Source of the DNA: Alphaproteobacteria bacterium
GTDB lineage: Bacteria; Pseudomonadota; Alphaproteobacteria; MPNO01
DNA: 64,000 bases
Direction: 5' to 3'
Assembly: GCA_964291675.2 (NCBI GenBank)
Contig: OZ219866.1
Coordinates: 2,304,001 to 2,368,000 of the forward strand
The position numbers were made by a program, and so were the translations under genes. A model generated the notes under the pieces. It saw only the letters and a program-made list of their open reading frames with translations, had not been told where the DNA came from and did no database searches. Below are positions 48,471-57,522 of the stretch, piece after piece. Position 1 is the first letter of the stretch. Every line of letters starts with the position of its first letter.

Positions 48471-48946
48471 ATGGACAAGCGTGTCGGACGCCTCGAACGC
48501 ATCGAGCCCTCCTGCGTATGGAAGAACGAGCCGGGCGAGTTCCTCCCCTGGCTCGCGGCGCGGGAGAGCCTGGACTGTCTCGGCGCCGCGCTCGGCCTCG
48601 CCCTCGAGCCGGTGGCGCGGGAGGCCCGGGTGGGGCATTTGTGCGCCGATCTCCTGTGCCGCGACCGCGGCCCCGGGCCAACGTGGTGATCGAGGCCCGG
48701 CTCGGGACCTCCGACCACCGGCATCTCGGCCAAATCCTGACCTGTGCCTGCGGACTCCAGGCCCGCGCCGTGGTCTGGCTCGCGTCCCGGTTCCACGCCG
48801 CACACCGCACTGCGTTCGACCTGTTCAACGAGTGCCGCCCGCTCCGGCTGGACTGCTTCGCCATCGAGATGGAGATGTGGAAGATCGGCGCGTCGGACAC
48901 CGCCCCTCCGTCATGGCCCGACTCGATCCACTGCTGTCCGGTTTAG
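48471..48946 (+). pseudogene. degenerate DUF4268-associated/PD-(D/E)XK nuclease-like gene
   Basis: GRLERI...VWKNE..EFLPWLA...VG...ADLLC, frameshift near 48675, then VVIE..LG.SDHRHLGQILT...VVWLA..F...H; truncated. Confidence 0.65.
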
Positions 48947-49002
48947 CCTTCGACGCGCGTCGCGCGCGGCGTTTCCCGCCCCATCACCATGCCTCCCCCC
49001 AT

Positions 49003-49236
49003 CGTCATGCCCCGGCCCCCGGATCAAGTCCGGGGGTGATCCGGGCATCCACTGGCGCCGCCGCCTCTCCCGACGGGGCGTTGTACCGGTGGCGCCAGTG
49101 GTTGCGCGGATCAAGTCCGCGCATGGGTGGCCGGATCAAGTCCGGCCATGACGGGGTGAGGGTGGCGGTGGAGGAGTACGGGAGCCGGGGGCGGACCGCC
49201 CCGCCCTTGGATGCCCGAACGAGTCCGGGCATGACG
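49003..49236. repeat. cluster of family-B REP-like palindromes
   Basis: Three ggatcaagtccg cores plus ggatgcccgaacgagtccgggcatgacg. Confidence 0.85.
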
Positions 49237-49270
49237 GAGGGGCGTGGCCGGACCGCCCGACCCTGTCTCG

Positions 49271-49600
49271 GAGCTCGATGACGATCTTGCCGAAATGGCC
49301 GGCCGCTGCCATGCGGCGACAGGCCTCCCGGGCATCGGCGAAGGCGAGGCGCCGGTCGATGACCGGTCTCGCGCCGCCGGCCTCGATGGCGGCGTTCATG
49401 TCCAAAAACATGGCCCGGCTGCCGACATGGATGCCGTCGAGGCGGACCGCCTCGATGGATTGCGCGAGCGTGCCGCCGCCGTCGACCTCCACGACACGGT
49501 CGACGCCGTCCCCGCCGTCATCTCGCGCGCCGCCGCGGCCCGGCCGGGCGTCGCCGCGTCGTTGATCGTCCGCCACGCCCCCATGTCGCGGGCGCGGGCG
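49271..49600 (-). pseudogene. C-terminal remnant of an MDR-family (zinc-type alcohol dehydrogenase/quinone reductase) gene
   Basis: GAWRTIN...TP...AAREMT, frameshift, GGDGVDRVVEV.GGGTLAQS, apparent internal deletion, GIHVGSR...RPVIDR...HFGKIVIEL. Confidence 0.7.
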
Positions 49601-49680
49601 CGTCATGGGCGCCCCGCGATTCCATCCCGAACCGACATGCTCTAGTCTGGAGGCTCGTGCCGACACGAGGGACCGCCGCC

Positions 49681-50748
49681 ATGAGCGCCGAGACGATCGC
49701 ACCGTTTCTGAGCAACGCCTGGTACGTCGCCGCCTGGCCGGAGGAGATCGGCGAGGCGCCGCTCGCCCGGACCATCATGAACCGGCCCATCGTGCTGTTC
49801 CGCGACGCCGACGGCAGGGCGGCGGCGCTGGAGGACCGGTGCTGCCACCGCGGCGCGCCGCTGACCCACGGCAGCGTGGTCGCCGAGGGGATCCAGTGCG
49901 GCTATCACGGGCTGGTCTACGACCGCAGCGGGCGCTGCGTGCGCATCCCGGGCCAGGAGCGGATCGCCGGCGAGGCGCGAGTGCGCGCCTATCCGGTGGT
50001 CGAGCGGCAGCAATTCGTCTGGATCTGGATGGGCGATCCGGCGCTCGCCGACGAAAGCGCCATCCTCGACTACCTGTGGCACGACCGGCCGGAGCGCTGG
50101 CCGCACCGGCGCGCGATGTTCCGCATCGCCGCCAACTACATGATGATGATGGACAATCTGATGGATCTGTCGCCTCTGGGCTATCTCCACGCCCGGACCA
50201 TCGGCGGCTCCCCGCTGGTCCACTCGACCGACGAGATGAAGGTCGAGCGGCGGCCGACGGGGGTGATGCTGATCCGCGAGATGCGCGACATGCCCGCGCC
50301 GCCGAGCTTCGTCAGGGCGGTCGGGTTCGAGGGGAAGATCGACCGGCGCCAGGAGTTCGAATACGTCGCCCCGGCCGCGGTGCTGCAATGGGCGGGCGCG
50401 GTGGACACCGGCAAGGATTTGAAGGACGAGAACGATCCGGGCGCCTTCCGGGTCCGGCTGTTCCACGGGGCGACGCCGGAGACCGAGTCGAGCTTCCACT
50501 ATTTCTGGTCGTCCGCGACCGGCTTCCGCACCGACGACCCGGAGGCGGTCGAGGGGTTCTTCGAGGAGGTGCACGCCACCTTCCTGGAGGACAAGGCGAT
50601 CATGGAGGCCCAGCAGCAGCGCATCGCGCTGGAGCCCGGCCGCTCGCTGGTGGCGATCCGCGCCGACAACGCCCTGGTCGCCGCGCGCCGCCACCTGCAG
50701 CGCCTGCTGGATGCGGAGAACGCGCCGCCGGCGGTCGCGGCGGAGTAG
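49681..50748 (+). CDS. VanA-like Rieske oxygenase subunit (first iron-ligand His reads Pro)
   Basis: NAWYVAA, DRCCHR...CGYHG; DNLMDLSPLGYLH instead of DLSH; ED..IMEAQQ. Confidence 0.9.
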   Translation: MSAETIAPFLSNAWYVAAWPEEIGEAPLARTIMNRPIVLFRDADGRAAALEDRCCHRGAPLTHGSVVAEGIQCGYHGLVYDRSGRCVRIPGQERIAGEARVRAYPVVERQQFVWIWMGDPALADESAILDYLWHDRPERWPHRRAMFRIAANYMMMMDNLMDLSPLGYLHARTIGGSPLVHSTDEMKVERRPTGVMLIREMRDMPAPPSFVRAVGFEGKIDRRQEFEYVAPAAVLQWAGAVDTGKDLKDENDPGAFRVRLFHGATPETESSFHYFWSSATGFRTDDPEAVEGFFEEVHATFLEDKAIMEAQQQRIALEPGRSLVAIRADNALVAARRHLQRLLDAENAPPAVAAE

Positions 50749-50768
50749 CGCCCGGGGCCAGCCGGGGG

Positions 50769-51446
50769 ATGGCCGGCTTCGCCGACTACGACGACCTCGG
50801 CGCGCTCGGCCGCGCGCGCCGGCCGGGCGCCCTCCATGCCGCGCGCGAGGCGGCCGCGTTGACGCTCGCCGAATACGACCGCATGGCGGAGGACTTCCGC
50901 GCCGGCACCGCCGACCACGACGTGAGCCAGAACATCGAGGCCCTGCTGGAGGCCATCGAGGGCGCGCCGCCGCATGCGATCCTCGATCTCGGCTGCGGGC
51001 CGGGCCGCGATCTTCGCGCCTTCGCCGCGCTCGGCCACGATGCGACCGGGCTCGACGGCTCGGCGGCGCTGGCGGCGATGGCCCGCGCCGCGTCCGGCTG
51101 TCCGGTGCTGCACCAGGATTTCCTCGCGCTCGACCTGCCGCCCGCGAGCTACGACGGAATCTTCGCCAACGCCGCGCTGTTCCACGTGCCGAGCAGCCAG
51201 ATCGCCCGCGTGCTCGCCGAGCTCGCCGCCGCGCTGAAGCCCCGCGGCGTGCTGTTCTGCTCCAACCCGCGCGGCAACAACGAGGAGGGCTGGGTCGGCG
51301 GCCGCTATGGCTGCTTCTACGACCTGGAGACCTGGCGCGGCCACGCCGCCGGGGCGGGTTTTTCGGAGCTCCGCCACTACTACCGCCCGCCCGGCCGCCC
51401 CCGCGCCCAGCAGCCCTGGCTCGCCACGGTGTGGCGCAGGGGCTGA
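50769..51446 (+). CDS. class I SAM-dependent methyltransferase
   Basis: ILDLGCGPGRD, GLDGS, YDGIFANAALFHVP, LKPRGVL. Confidence 0.85.
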   Translation: MAGFADYDDLGALGRARRPGALHAAREAAALTLAEYDRMAEDFRAGTADHDVSQNIEALLEAIEGAPPHAILDLGCGPGRDLRAFAALGHDATGLDGSAALAAMARAASGCPVLHQDFLALDLPPASYDGIFANAALFHVPSSQIARVLAELAAALKPRGVLFCSNPRGNNEEGWVGGRYGCFYDLETWRGHAAGAGFSELRHYYRPPGRPRAQQPWLATVWRRG

Positions 51447-51456
51447 GGGGACGGCC

Positions 51457-52386
51457 ATGGCACTGCTGATCGTCAACCTGATGATGGGGACGCAGGAGGA
51501 CTGGCGGGCGGCGATCAATGCCGAGCTGCCCGATCTGGAGGTGCGGTTCTGGCCCGGGATCGGCGACCCGGCCGATATCGAGTATCTGGCGTTTACCCGC
51601 CCCAATCTCGACGAGTGGCCGGCATTCCCCAACCTCAAGGCGATGCTGACCCGCCAGGCGGGGGTCGACGGGTTCGTGCGCCATCCCGGCCTGCCGGACG
51701 TGCCGCTGTCCAAGCTGGAGCCCGAGGACGGCGACCCGATGATGACCGAATACGCGGTCATGCACGTGCTCCGGCTGCACCGCCACATGCCGACCTACGC
51801 CGAACGCCAGGCGCGGAGGGAATGGCGCGAGGTGGCGCAGAAGCGGCCCGGGGAACGCACCGTCGGCTTCCTCGGCTACGGCACGATGGCGCGCAAGCCG
51901 GCGCGCATCCTCGCCGATCTGGGGTTCGACGTCGCCGCCTGGACGCGGACGCCGAAGCCCGATGCGGGGATCCCGGTCTTCGCCGGCGCCGAGCGCCTGG
52001 ACGCGATCCTCGAACGCTCGGACATCGTGGTCTGCCTGCTGCCGCTGACGGCGGAGACGCGCGGCATCCTGAACGCGGCGGCGTTCGCGAAAATGCCGGC
52101 GGGCGGCATGGTGATCAATATCGGCCGCGGCGAGCACGTGGTCGCCGAAGACCTGATCGCGGCGCTCGATTCGGGCCATCTCTACCACGCCGCGCTCGAC
52201 GTGCATTCGCCCGAGCCGCTGCCGCCGGAGAGCCCGCTCTGGGACCATCCCAAGGTGACCGTCATGCCGCATGTCGCGCGACGCCCCGATATCGCGCAGC
52301 TCGCGCCGCAGATCGTCGCCAATATCAGGCTTCGCGAGGCCGGCCGGAGGCTGCTCCAGGAGGTCGACCGCGAGGCCGGCTACTAG
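51457..52386 (+). CDS. ghrA: glyoxylate/hydroxypyruvate reductase A-like 2-hydroxyacid dehydrogenase
   Basis: AGVD, VGFLGYGTM, LLPLTAET, INIGRG, LDVHSPEPLP, MPHVA. Confidence 0.8.
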   Translation: MALLIVNLMMGTQEDWRAAINAELPDLEVRFWPGIGDPADIEYLAFTRPNLDEWPAFPNLKAMLTRQAGVDGFVRHPGLPDVPLSKLEPEDGDPMMTEYAVMHVLRLHRHMPTYAERQARREWREVAQKRPGERTVGFLGYGTMARKPARILADLGFDVAAWTRTPKPDAGIPVFAGAERLDAILERSDIVVCLLPLTAETRGILNAAAFAKMPAGGMVINIGRGEHVVAEDLIAALDSGHLYHAALDVHSPEPLPPESPLWDHPKVTVMPHVARRPDIAQLAPQIVANIRLREAGRRLLQEVDREAGY

Positions 52387-52409
52387 CACCCGCAACGCAG
52401 GAGGACATC

Positions 52410-52694
52410 ATGGCACTCAACCGGTACATCATCGAACGCGACATTCCCGCGGTCGGCACGCTGGAACGCCAGCAGCTCGCCGAGGCCGCCGCCAAGTCGA
52501 ACGAGGCGCTGGCCCGGCTCGCCCCCGACATCCAGTGGGTGGAGAGCTTCGTCGCCGCCGACAAGACATTCTGCGTGTACCTCGCCAGCGGCGAGGATAT
52601 CATCCGCAAGCACGCGGAAATCAGCGGATTCCCGGCGACCAGGGTGACCGCCATCGGCAAGACGATCGATCCGACCACCGAGAAGGGCGGCTGA
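52410..52694 (+). CDS. DUF4242 family protein
   Basis: YIIERDIP, IQWVESFV..DKTFCVY, HA..SGFP; GGAGG RBS. Confidence 0.8.
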   Translation: MALNRYIIERDIPAVGTLERQQLAEAAAKSNEALARLAPDIQWVESFVAADKTFCVYLASGEDIIRKHAEISGFPATRVTAIGKTIDPTTEKGG

Positions 52695-52733
52695 ACGCGT
52701 CCCTGGACCTTCGAGCCGCGGGGGGCATGCGAC

Positions 52734-54164
52734 ATGCAGCGGGACCGCTACGGGTTCTCCATCGCCACCGCCAGCGCCGAGGCGGCCTCGCGCTACCGCG
52801 ACGGGGTCGATCTCCACCTGTCCGGCAACCCGGGCGGCGCTGCGGCGCTGCGGGAGGCGGCGGCGACTGACCCCGGCTTCGCCCTGGCGCCGGCCGCGCT
52901 CGCCGTGGTGCTGCGCGACAGCGGGCGGCGCGACGAGGCGAAGGAGACCGCCGGGCTGGCGCGCTCGCTCGCCGCGAACGCCAGCCGGCGCGAGCGGCAG
53001 CACGTCGAGGCGATCGCGGCGCTTGCCGAGGGCGAGGGCGCGCGGGCGTTCTCGCTGATGCAGGACCATCTCGCGGAATTTCCGCGCGACGCGCTGATCC
53101 TGTTCGGCGCCGACCGCTATCTGTTCTACAGCGGCGGCGAGGACCGCCAGCGATTGCAGCACGACCTGCTCGAAGGGTTCGCCGGCGACTACGAAGACGA
53201 CTGGTGGTTCCCCGGCCAGTACGGCTTCGCGCTCGGCGAGTGCGGCCGCTACGACAGGGCGGTCGAGGAGGCAAGGCGTTCGCTCGCGCTCAACCCGAAG
53301 AATCTGTGGGCCGCCCACACGCTGGCCCATGTCTATGCCGACACCAAGGACGACGAGGCGGGCGCGGCGTTTCTCGGGCCCTGGCTCGGCGACTTCGATC
53401 CGCGCGCGCCGATGTTCGGCCACACGTCGTGGCATCTCGCGCTGTTCGAGCTCGGGCTGGGGCGCCACGCGCGGGCGATGGAGGTCTACCGGAGTGCGGT
53501 GCGCCCCGCGGTCTGCTCGCATCGCAGCACGCTCAACAACGCGGCCTCCTTCCTGTGGCGCTGCATGGTCTACGGCTACGCCCCGGAAGCGGAACAATGG
53601 GACGAGCTCCAGCCGCTCGCCGCCGGCGTCTCCGGCCCGGCGCGCGGCGAATGGGACGGCATGAACGCCGCGCTCGCCTTCGCCGGGGCCGGCAACGAGG
53701 CGGGCAAGGACGCGCTGGTCGCCGGCCTCCGCGAGCTCGGCGCGGGCGGCCGGACGCGCGCCGTCGAGGTGGGGCTGCCGCTGGTCGAGGGCGCCTGGGC
53801 GTTCGCCCGCGGGGATTACGGCGCGGCGATCGGCTCGATGGCGCCGGCGATCCAGCGCATCGAGGGCGTCGGCGGCAGCAACGCCCAGCACGAGGTGTTC
53901 TGGGACGCGCTGATCGAGGCCTGTCTGCGCACCGAGCGCTTCGCCGAGGCCGAGGCGGTGCAGAAGAGCCGCCTCGACCCGCGCCCGACGGTGCGCGACC
54001 TGTTCCGCCTCGGCCGGGCGCAGCTCGGGCTCGGAAAGCCGGACGAGGCGACCGGCAACCTGCGCCGCGCCGCCGAGGGCTGGCGCGACGCGGACCCGGG
54101 CTCTCCCGAGGTCGCGGCGCTCGACGCGCTGTTGCAGCCGATCGCGTCGGAGGCGCCAACATGA
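52734..54164 (+). CDS. TPR-repeat protein (TTC38-like)
   Basis: DPGFALA, RERQHV, HL..FPRDA, WAAHTLAHV, HTSWHLALF, GGSNAQ motifs. Confidence 0.8.
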   Translation: MQRDRYGFSIATASAEAASRYRDGVDLHLSGNPGGAAALREAAATDPGFALAPAALAVVLRDSGRRDEAKETAGLARSLAANASRRERQHVEAIAALAEGEGARAFSLMQDHLAEFPRDALILFGADRYLFYSGGEDRQRLQHDLLEGFAGDYEDDWWFPGQYGFALGECGRYDRAVEEARRSLALNPKNLWAAHTLAHVYADTKDDEAGAAFLGPWLGDFDPRAPMFGHTSWHLALFELGLGRHARAMEVYRSAVRPAVCSHRSTLNNAASFLWRCMVYGYAPEAEQWDELQPLAAGVSGPARGEWDGMNAALAFAGAGNEAGKDALVAGLRELGAGGRTRAVEVGLPLVEGAWAFARGDYGAAIGSMAPAIQRIEGVGGSNAQHEVFWDALIEACLRTERFAEAEAVQKSRLDPRPTVRDLFRLGRAQLGLGKPDEATGNLRRAAEGWRDADPGSPEVAALDALLQPIASEAPT

Positions 54165-54340
54165 GCACGAGCATCACCGTCCGCGGCATCGATCCCGGCG
54201 ACAAGTCCCGGCTCCGGCGCGAAGCCCGCCGCATCGGCGTGTCGATGGAGGAGCTGGTCCGCCGGCTGATCCACGAGAAGCGCATCGAGGCCGAGCGTCG
54301 TCCTTCGATACGCCCGCCTGTGGCGGGCTACTCAGGATGA
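54161..54340 (+). pseudogene. ribbon-helix-helix (FitA-like) antitoxin, truncated by repeats
   Basis: MSTSITVRGIDPGDKSRLRREARRIGVSMEELVRRLI; the frame runs into the palindromic repeat at 54300 and no toxin follows. Confidence 0.6.
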
Positions 54341-54633
54341 GGGTGTTTTCCTGGCCCCCGGAAACCCCTCATCCTGAGTAGCGGCGAAGCCGCGTATCGA
54401 AGGACGCCCCGCCATGCCCCAACCCGTCATGCCCGGACTTGTTCCGGGCATCTCTCGCGACCGGTTGCCTTGCCGGCGGCGGGCGGCGTGGATGGCCGGA
54501 ACAGGTCCGGCCATGACGAGGGTCCTTCGATACGCCCGCCTGCGGTGGGCTACTCAGGACGAGGGAGGGTCGTTGGCTGGCGCTGCACCACGCCCCTCAT
54601 CCTGAGTAGCGGCGAAGCCGCGTATCGAAGGAC
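54300..54633. repeat. composite A-B-A palindromic repeat array (BIME-like)
   Basis: A units 54300-54405 and 54522-54633 (gtccttcgatacg...ctactcagga..gaggg / ccctcatcctgagtag...cgtatcgaaggac) flank a B doublet at 54425-54518. Confidence 0.9.
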
Positions 54634-54656
54634 CTGCCTCGGCCTCCCCGGCCGCT

Positions 54657-56360
54657 TCAGCGCACGCCGAGCGCGAAATCGGCGGTGCCGCCGGCCGGCT
54701 CGAACTTCGAAAAGAACTCCACGACGGCGGAGAGCTCGCCCGTAAGCGAAACCTCGCCGCTCTCGATACCGTCCTCGAAGCTCGGACCGCCGCCCGCCCA
54801 GGCGCTCAGGAATTGACGCGGGAAGGTGAGCGTTGCGTCGCGGCTTGCCGGCGGCGTCTCGTGGAACTGGCAGACGCCGCGCCGGATCTCCAGGGCGAAC
54901 GACTCCCCGGTGTCGGTCGTCGCGAAGCCGAGCACGATCCGGGTATCCATGCAGTCTTCGGCCCTCAGCCTGACGGTCAGCAGCTCCAGCAACCCGCCCA
55001 TCGGGTAGTTGCGTGCCCGGTCGGGCTGGATCCGATGGCCGCCGCGCTGCTCGCCGAGGCCGTCTTCCAGCTCCAGCGCCTGGCACAGCGCCCAGTTGCG
55101 CCAGGTGCTTGTCTTCTGCCCGTAGCCCCAGGCCCTGAGCGCCGCCGCCTTCACGCCGCGCGCTTCCATGTCGGCGGTGTCCGCCCGCACCGCCCAGGTG
55201 GCGATGTCGGCGGCCCAGCGAAAATCCCCGGCCGCGATCGCCTGGCGCGCTTCGGAGAGCACCGCATCGCGCCCGCCCATCGCGCGGACATAGCGCCCGG
55301 CCCGTTCGCGCCAGGGCAGCGGGTCGAGCTCCACCGCGTCGCCCTGGAACCAGCCGACATAGCCGGCATAGACGCTGCGCACCGAGTGCTTGTAGCTGCC
55401 GTAGAACTCGCCCAGCCAGGGATGCGAGGCGAGATGCGGCGGCATGGTGACCTTTTCCGCGAGCTCGTCCCAGGTGCAGCCCTTGTTGATCCATCTGACG
55501 GCCTGGTCGTGCAGGTACTGGATCGCGTCCCGATGCGCGGTCAACACGTCGTCCACGGCATCGGCGCCCTCCACGGTGGGCCCGTGATGGGGGATCAGGA
55601 TCTCCGCCCCGAAGGCGCGCAGCCGGTCGATCCCCTTGGCCCACAGCATCGGGTTGCGAAACTGCGTGCCGCGCAGCGCATAGACGTTGGGAAAGGTCAT
55701 GCCCTGGATGGCGTCGGCGGAGATCAGCACCCTTTCGTCGGGCAGCCAGACGACGCACTGGTCGTCGGTCTCGCTCGGCACGTGCACGACGTGCAGCCGG
55801 ATGCCGGCGATCTCGACCTCCAGCCTGTCCTCGAAGGTCCGGGTCGGGTTGGCGAAGCCCGCCTTGCCGCGCCGGGGCGGGGCGCCGATCGCGCTGCCGA
55901 AGGAGCCGGTCTCGCCGAATCCCAGATGGGCGCCGAACTGATAGGGGCCGCGGCGGCGCCGGATGGGGGCGAGAATGCCCTCGTCGCGCAGCAGATTGTC
56001 GGTCAGCCCGGACTGGCCGATGACCTCCACCTCGCCCGCCCGGATGTCCTCTTCGGAGACAAAGCTGAAGATGCCGCTGACGTGATCGCCGTGAAAATGG
56101 GTCACGATCACCGCCCTGATCGGAAGGTCGGTGATCTCGCGGAAGGCGGCGGCGGCCTCGTCGCCCGGCAGCTCGCCGCTCAGCGTATCGACGAGGACGC
56201 AGCCGTCGGTGCCCACGATCAGCGTGCAGTTCGAGCCGGTATAGCAGTGCGCCGTATGGATGTGCCCCCGCGTCGTGATGATCCGCGGCGTGGCATAGAG
56301 CGCCATCTGGGCCGCGAGGTCGGGATGCACCCCCGGTTCGGCGACGGACTTCTCTGACAT
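54657..56360 (-). CDS. alkyl/aryl sulfatase (SdsA1/BDS1 family)
   Basis: THFHGDH, SETDD, FPNVYALRG..FR, PHHG, EFYG, Y.GWF.G, RNW; C-terminal SCP2-like domain. Confidence 0.85.
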   Translation of the reverse strand: MSEKSVAEPGVHPDLAAQMALYATPRIITTRGHIHTAHCYTGSNCTLIVGTDGCVLVDTLSGELPGDEAAAAFREITDLPIRAVIVTHFHGDHVSGIFSFVSEEDIRAGEVEVIGQSGLTDNLLRDEGILAPIRRRRGPYQFGAHLGFGETGSFGSAIGAPPRRGKAGFANPTRTFEDRLEVEIAGIRLHVVHVPSETDDQCVVWLPDERVLISADAIQGMTFPNVYALRGTQFRNPMLWAKGIDRLRAFGAEILIPHHGPTVEGADAVDDVLTAHRDAIQYLHDQAVRWINKGCTWDELAEKVTMPPHLASHPWLGEFYGSYKHSVRSVYAGYVGWFQGDAVELDPLPWRERAGRYVRAMGGRDAVLSEARQAIAAGDFRWAADIATWAVRADTADMEARGVKAAALRAWGYGQKTSTWRNWALCQALELEDGLGEQRGGHRIQPDRARNYPMGGLLELLTVRLRAEDCMDTRIVLGFATTDTGESFALEIRRGVCQFHETPPASRDATLTFPRQFLSAWAGGGPSFEDGIESGEVSLTGELSAVVEFFSKFEPAGGTADFALGVR

Positions 56361-56523
56361 GACTGCTCCTCGGCAGAATCGAGCGGGAGGTCAGTGTAGC
56401 CGCACGGACCTGCGAAGTGGATCGCGCCGCACCCTTCGCGGCCCGCCGTTGACACTGCCCGGACGCCCGTCGAAACTCCAAGGGTCGGAGTTCTGTGACG
56501 CGAGACAGGCCAGGGGTGTTCGA

Positions 56524-57510
56524 ATGAACACGACCTCCGTAAGCATCGCGTTGGAACGCTACGATCGCCACATCCCCTTGTTCATGGGGACCGTCGCGCT
56601 GCCGGCGAACCTGGAGCTCGTCCCCCTGGAAGTCGCCGTCGGACCGATGCCGGGGCGCCGGGACGGCATGGATCGTCACGGCCGGATGTTCAACGACCAC
56701 GCCTTCGACATCTGCGAGCAATCGCTGGCGTCCTACGTCATGGCGAAGAGCCGGGGCCTGCCGTTCTCGGCGACGCCGGTGTTCCCCCGGCGGCTGTTCA
56801 GCCAGAGCCAGATATTCGTCAACGTGGACGCCGACATCGAAGCGCCTTCCGACCTGATCGGCAAGAAGGTCGGGGTCTGGTCGTTTCAGAACACGCTTTG
56901 CGTGCTTCTGAAAGGCGACCTCAGGCGCGAGTACGGCGTGAGCTGGGCCGATATTCACTGGTACGCCCAGAACCGGGAGCTGATCCCGTGGCAGCCCCGC
57001 GCGGGCCTCTCCATCCAGCCCATTGCCGGCGACAAGGATTTGGGCCGGATGCTGATCGAGGGCGAGCTGGACGCGATTCTGCACCCCGAACCGCCGCCCG
57101 AGATCCTCAAGCGGACCGATCGCGTCCGCCGCCTGTTTTCCGACAGCCGCGCGGTCGCCGAGCGCTATTTCGAGAAGAACGGATACTTCCCGATCATGCA
57201 CGTGCTGAGCTTTCGCCAGGACGTCGTCGACCGGGAGCCGTGGCTGCCGCTGGCGATCGTCGACGTCTGGGAGGATGCGAAAGTCCAGGCGGACGCGTTC
57301 TACGACGACCCAGGGTTCCTCCAGCTCGCCTTCGGGCGTTCCGAGTACGAGCATCAGCGCGAAACCATGGGGGCGGATTTGTTCCCCTCGGGTCTCGCCG
57401 CGAACCGGCGATATCTCGACAGGTTCATCGACGACATGGTGGACCAGGAGCTGATCGACCGACGGATCGAGGTCGAGACCCTGTTCCACGAATCGACCTG
57501 GGCGACCTGA
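56524..57510 (+). CDS. 4,5-dihydroxyphthalate decarboxylase-like protein (periplasmic-binding fold)
   Basis: YDRH.PL..G.V, FDICE.SL.SY, PVFPRRLF, L.GKKVG, GELDA, FPIMH, GL.ANR; no signal peptide. Confidence 0.7.
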   Translation: MNTTSVSIALERYDRHIPLFMGTVALPANLELVPLEVAVGPMPGRRDGMDRHGRMFNDHAFDICEQSLASYVMAKSRGLPFSATPVFPRRLFSQSQIFVNVDADIEAPSDLIGKKVGVWSFQNTLCVLLKGDLRREYGVSWADIHWYAQNRELIPWQPRAGLSIQPIAGDKDLGRMLIEGELDAILHPEPPPEILKRTDRVRRLFSDSRAVAERYFEKNGYFPIMHVLSFRQDVVDREPWLPLAIVDVWEDAKVQADAFYDDPGFLQLAFGRSEYEHQRETMGADLFPSGLAANRRYLDRFIDDMVDQELIDRRIEVETLFHESTWAT

Positions 57511-57522
57511 AAGGAGCCGGGC

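Noticed and set aside
48972-48982. tttcccgcccc, identical to the intron's exon junction
   Set aside because: Only 11 nt in GC-rich DNA with no flanking similarity to the repeat, so chance is plausible.
54300-54633. Possible CRISPR array
   Set aside because: The units are inverted palindromes of two types with no regular repeat-spacer period, and no cas genes are present.
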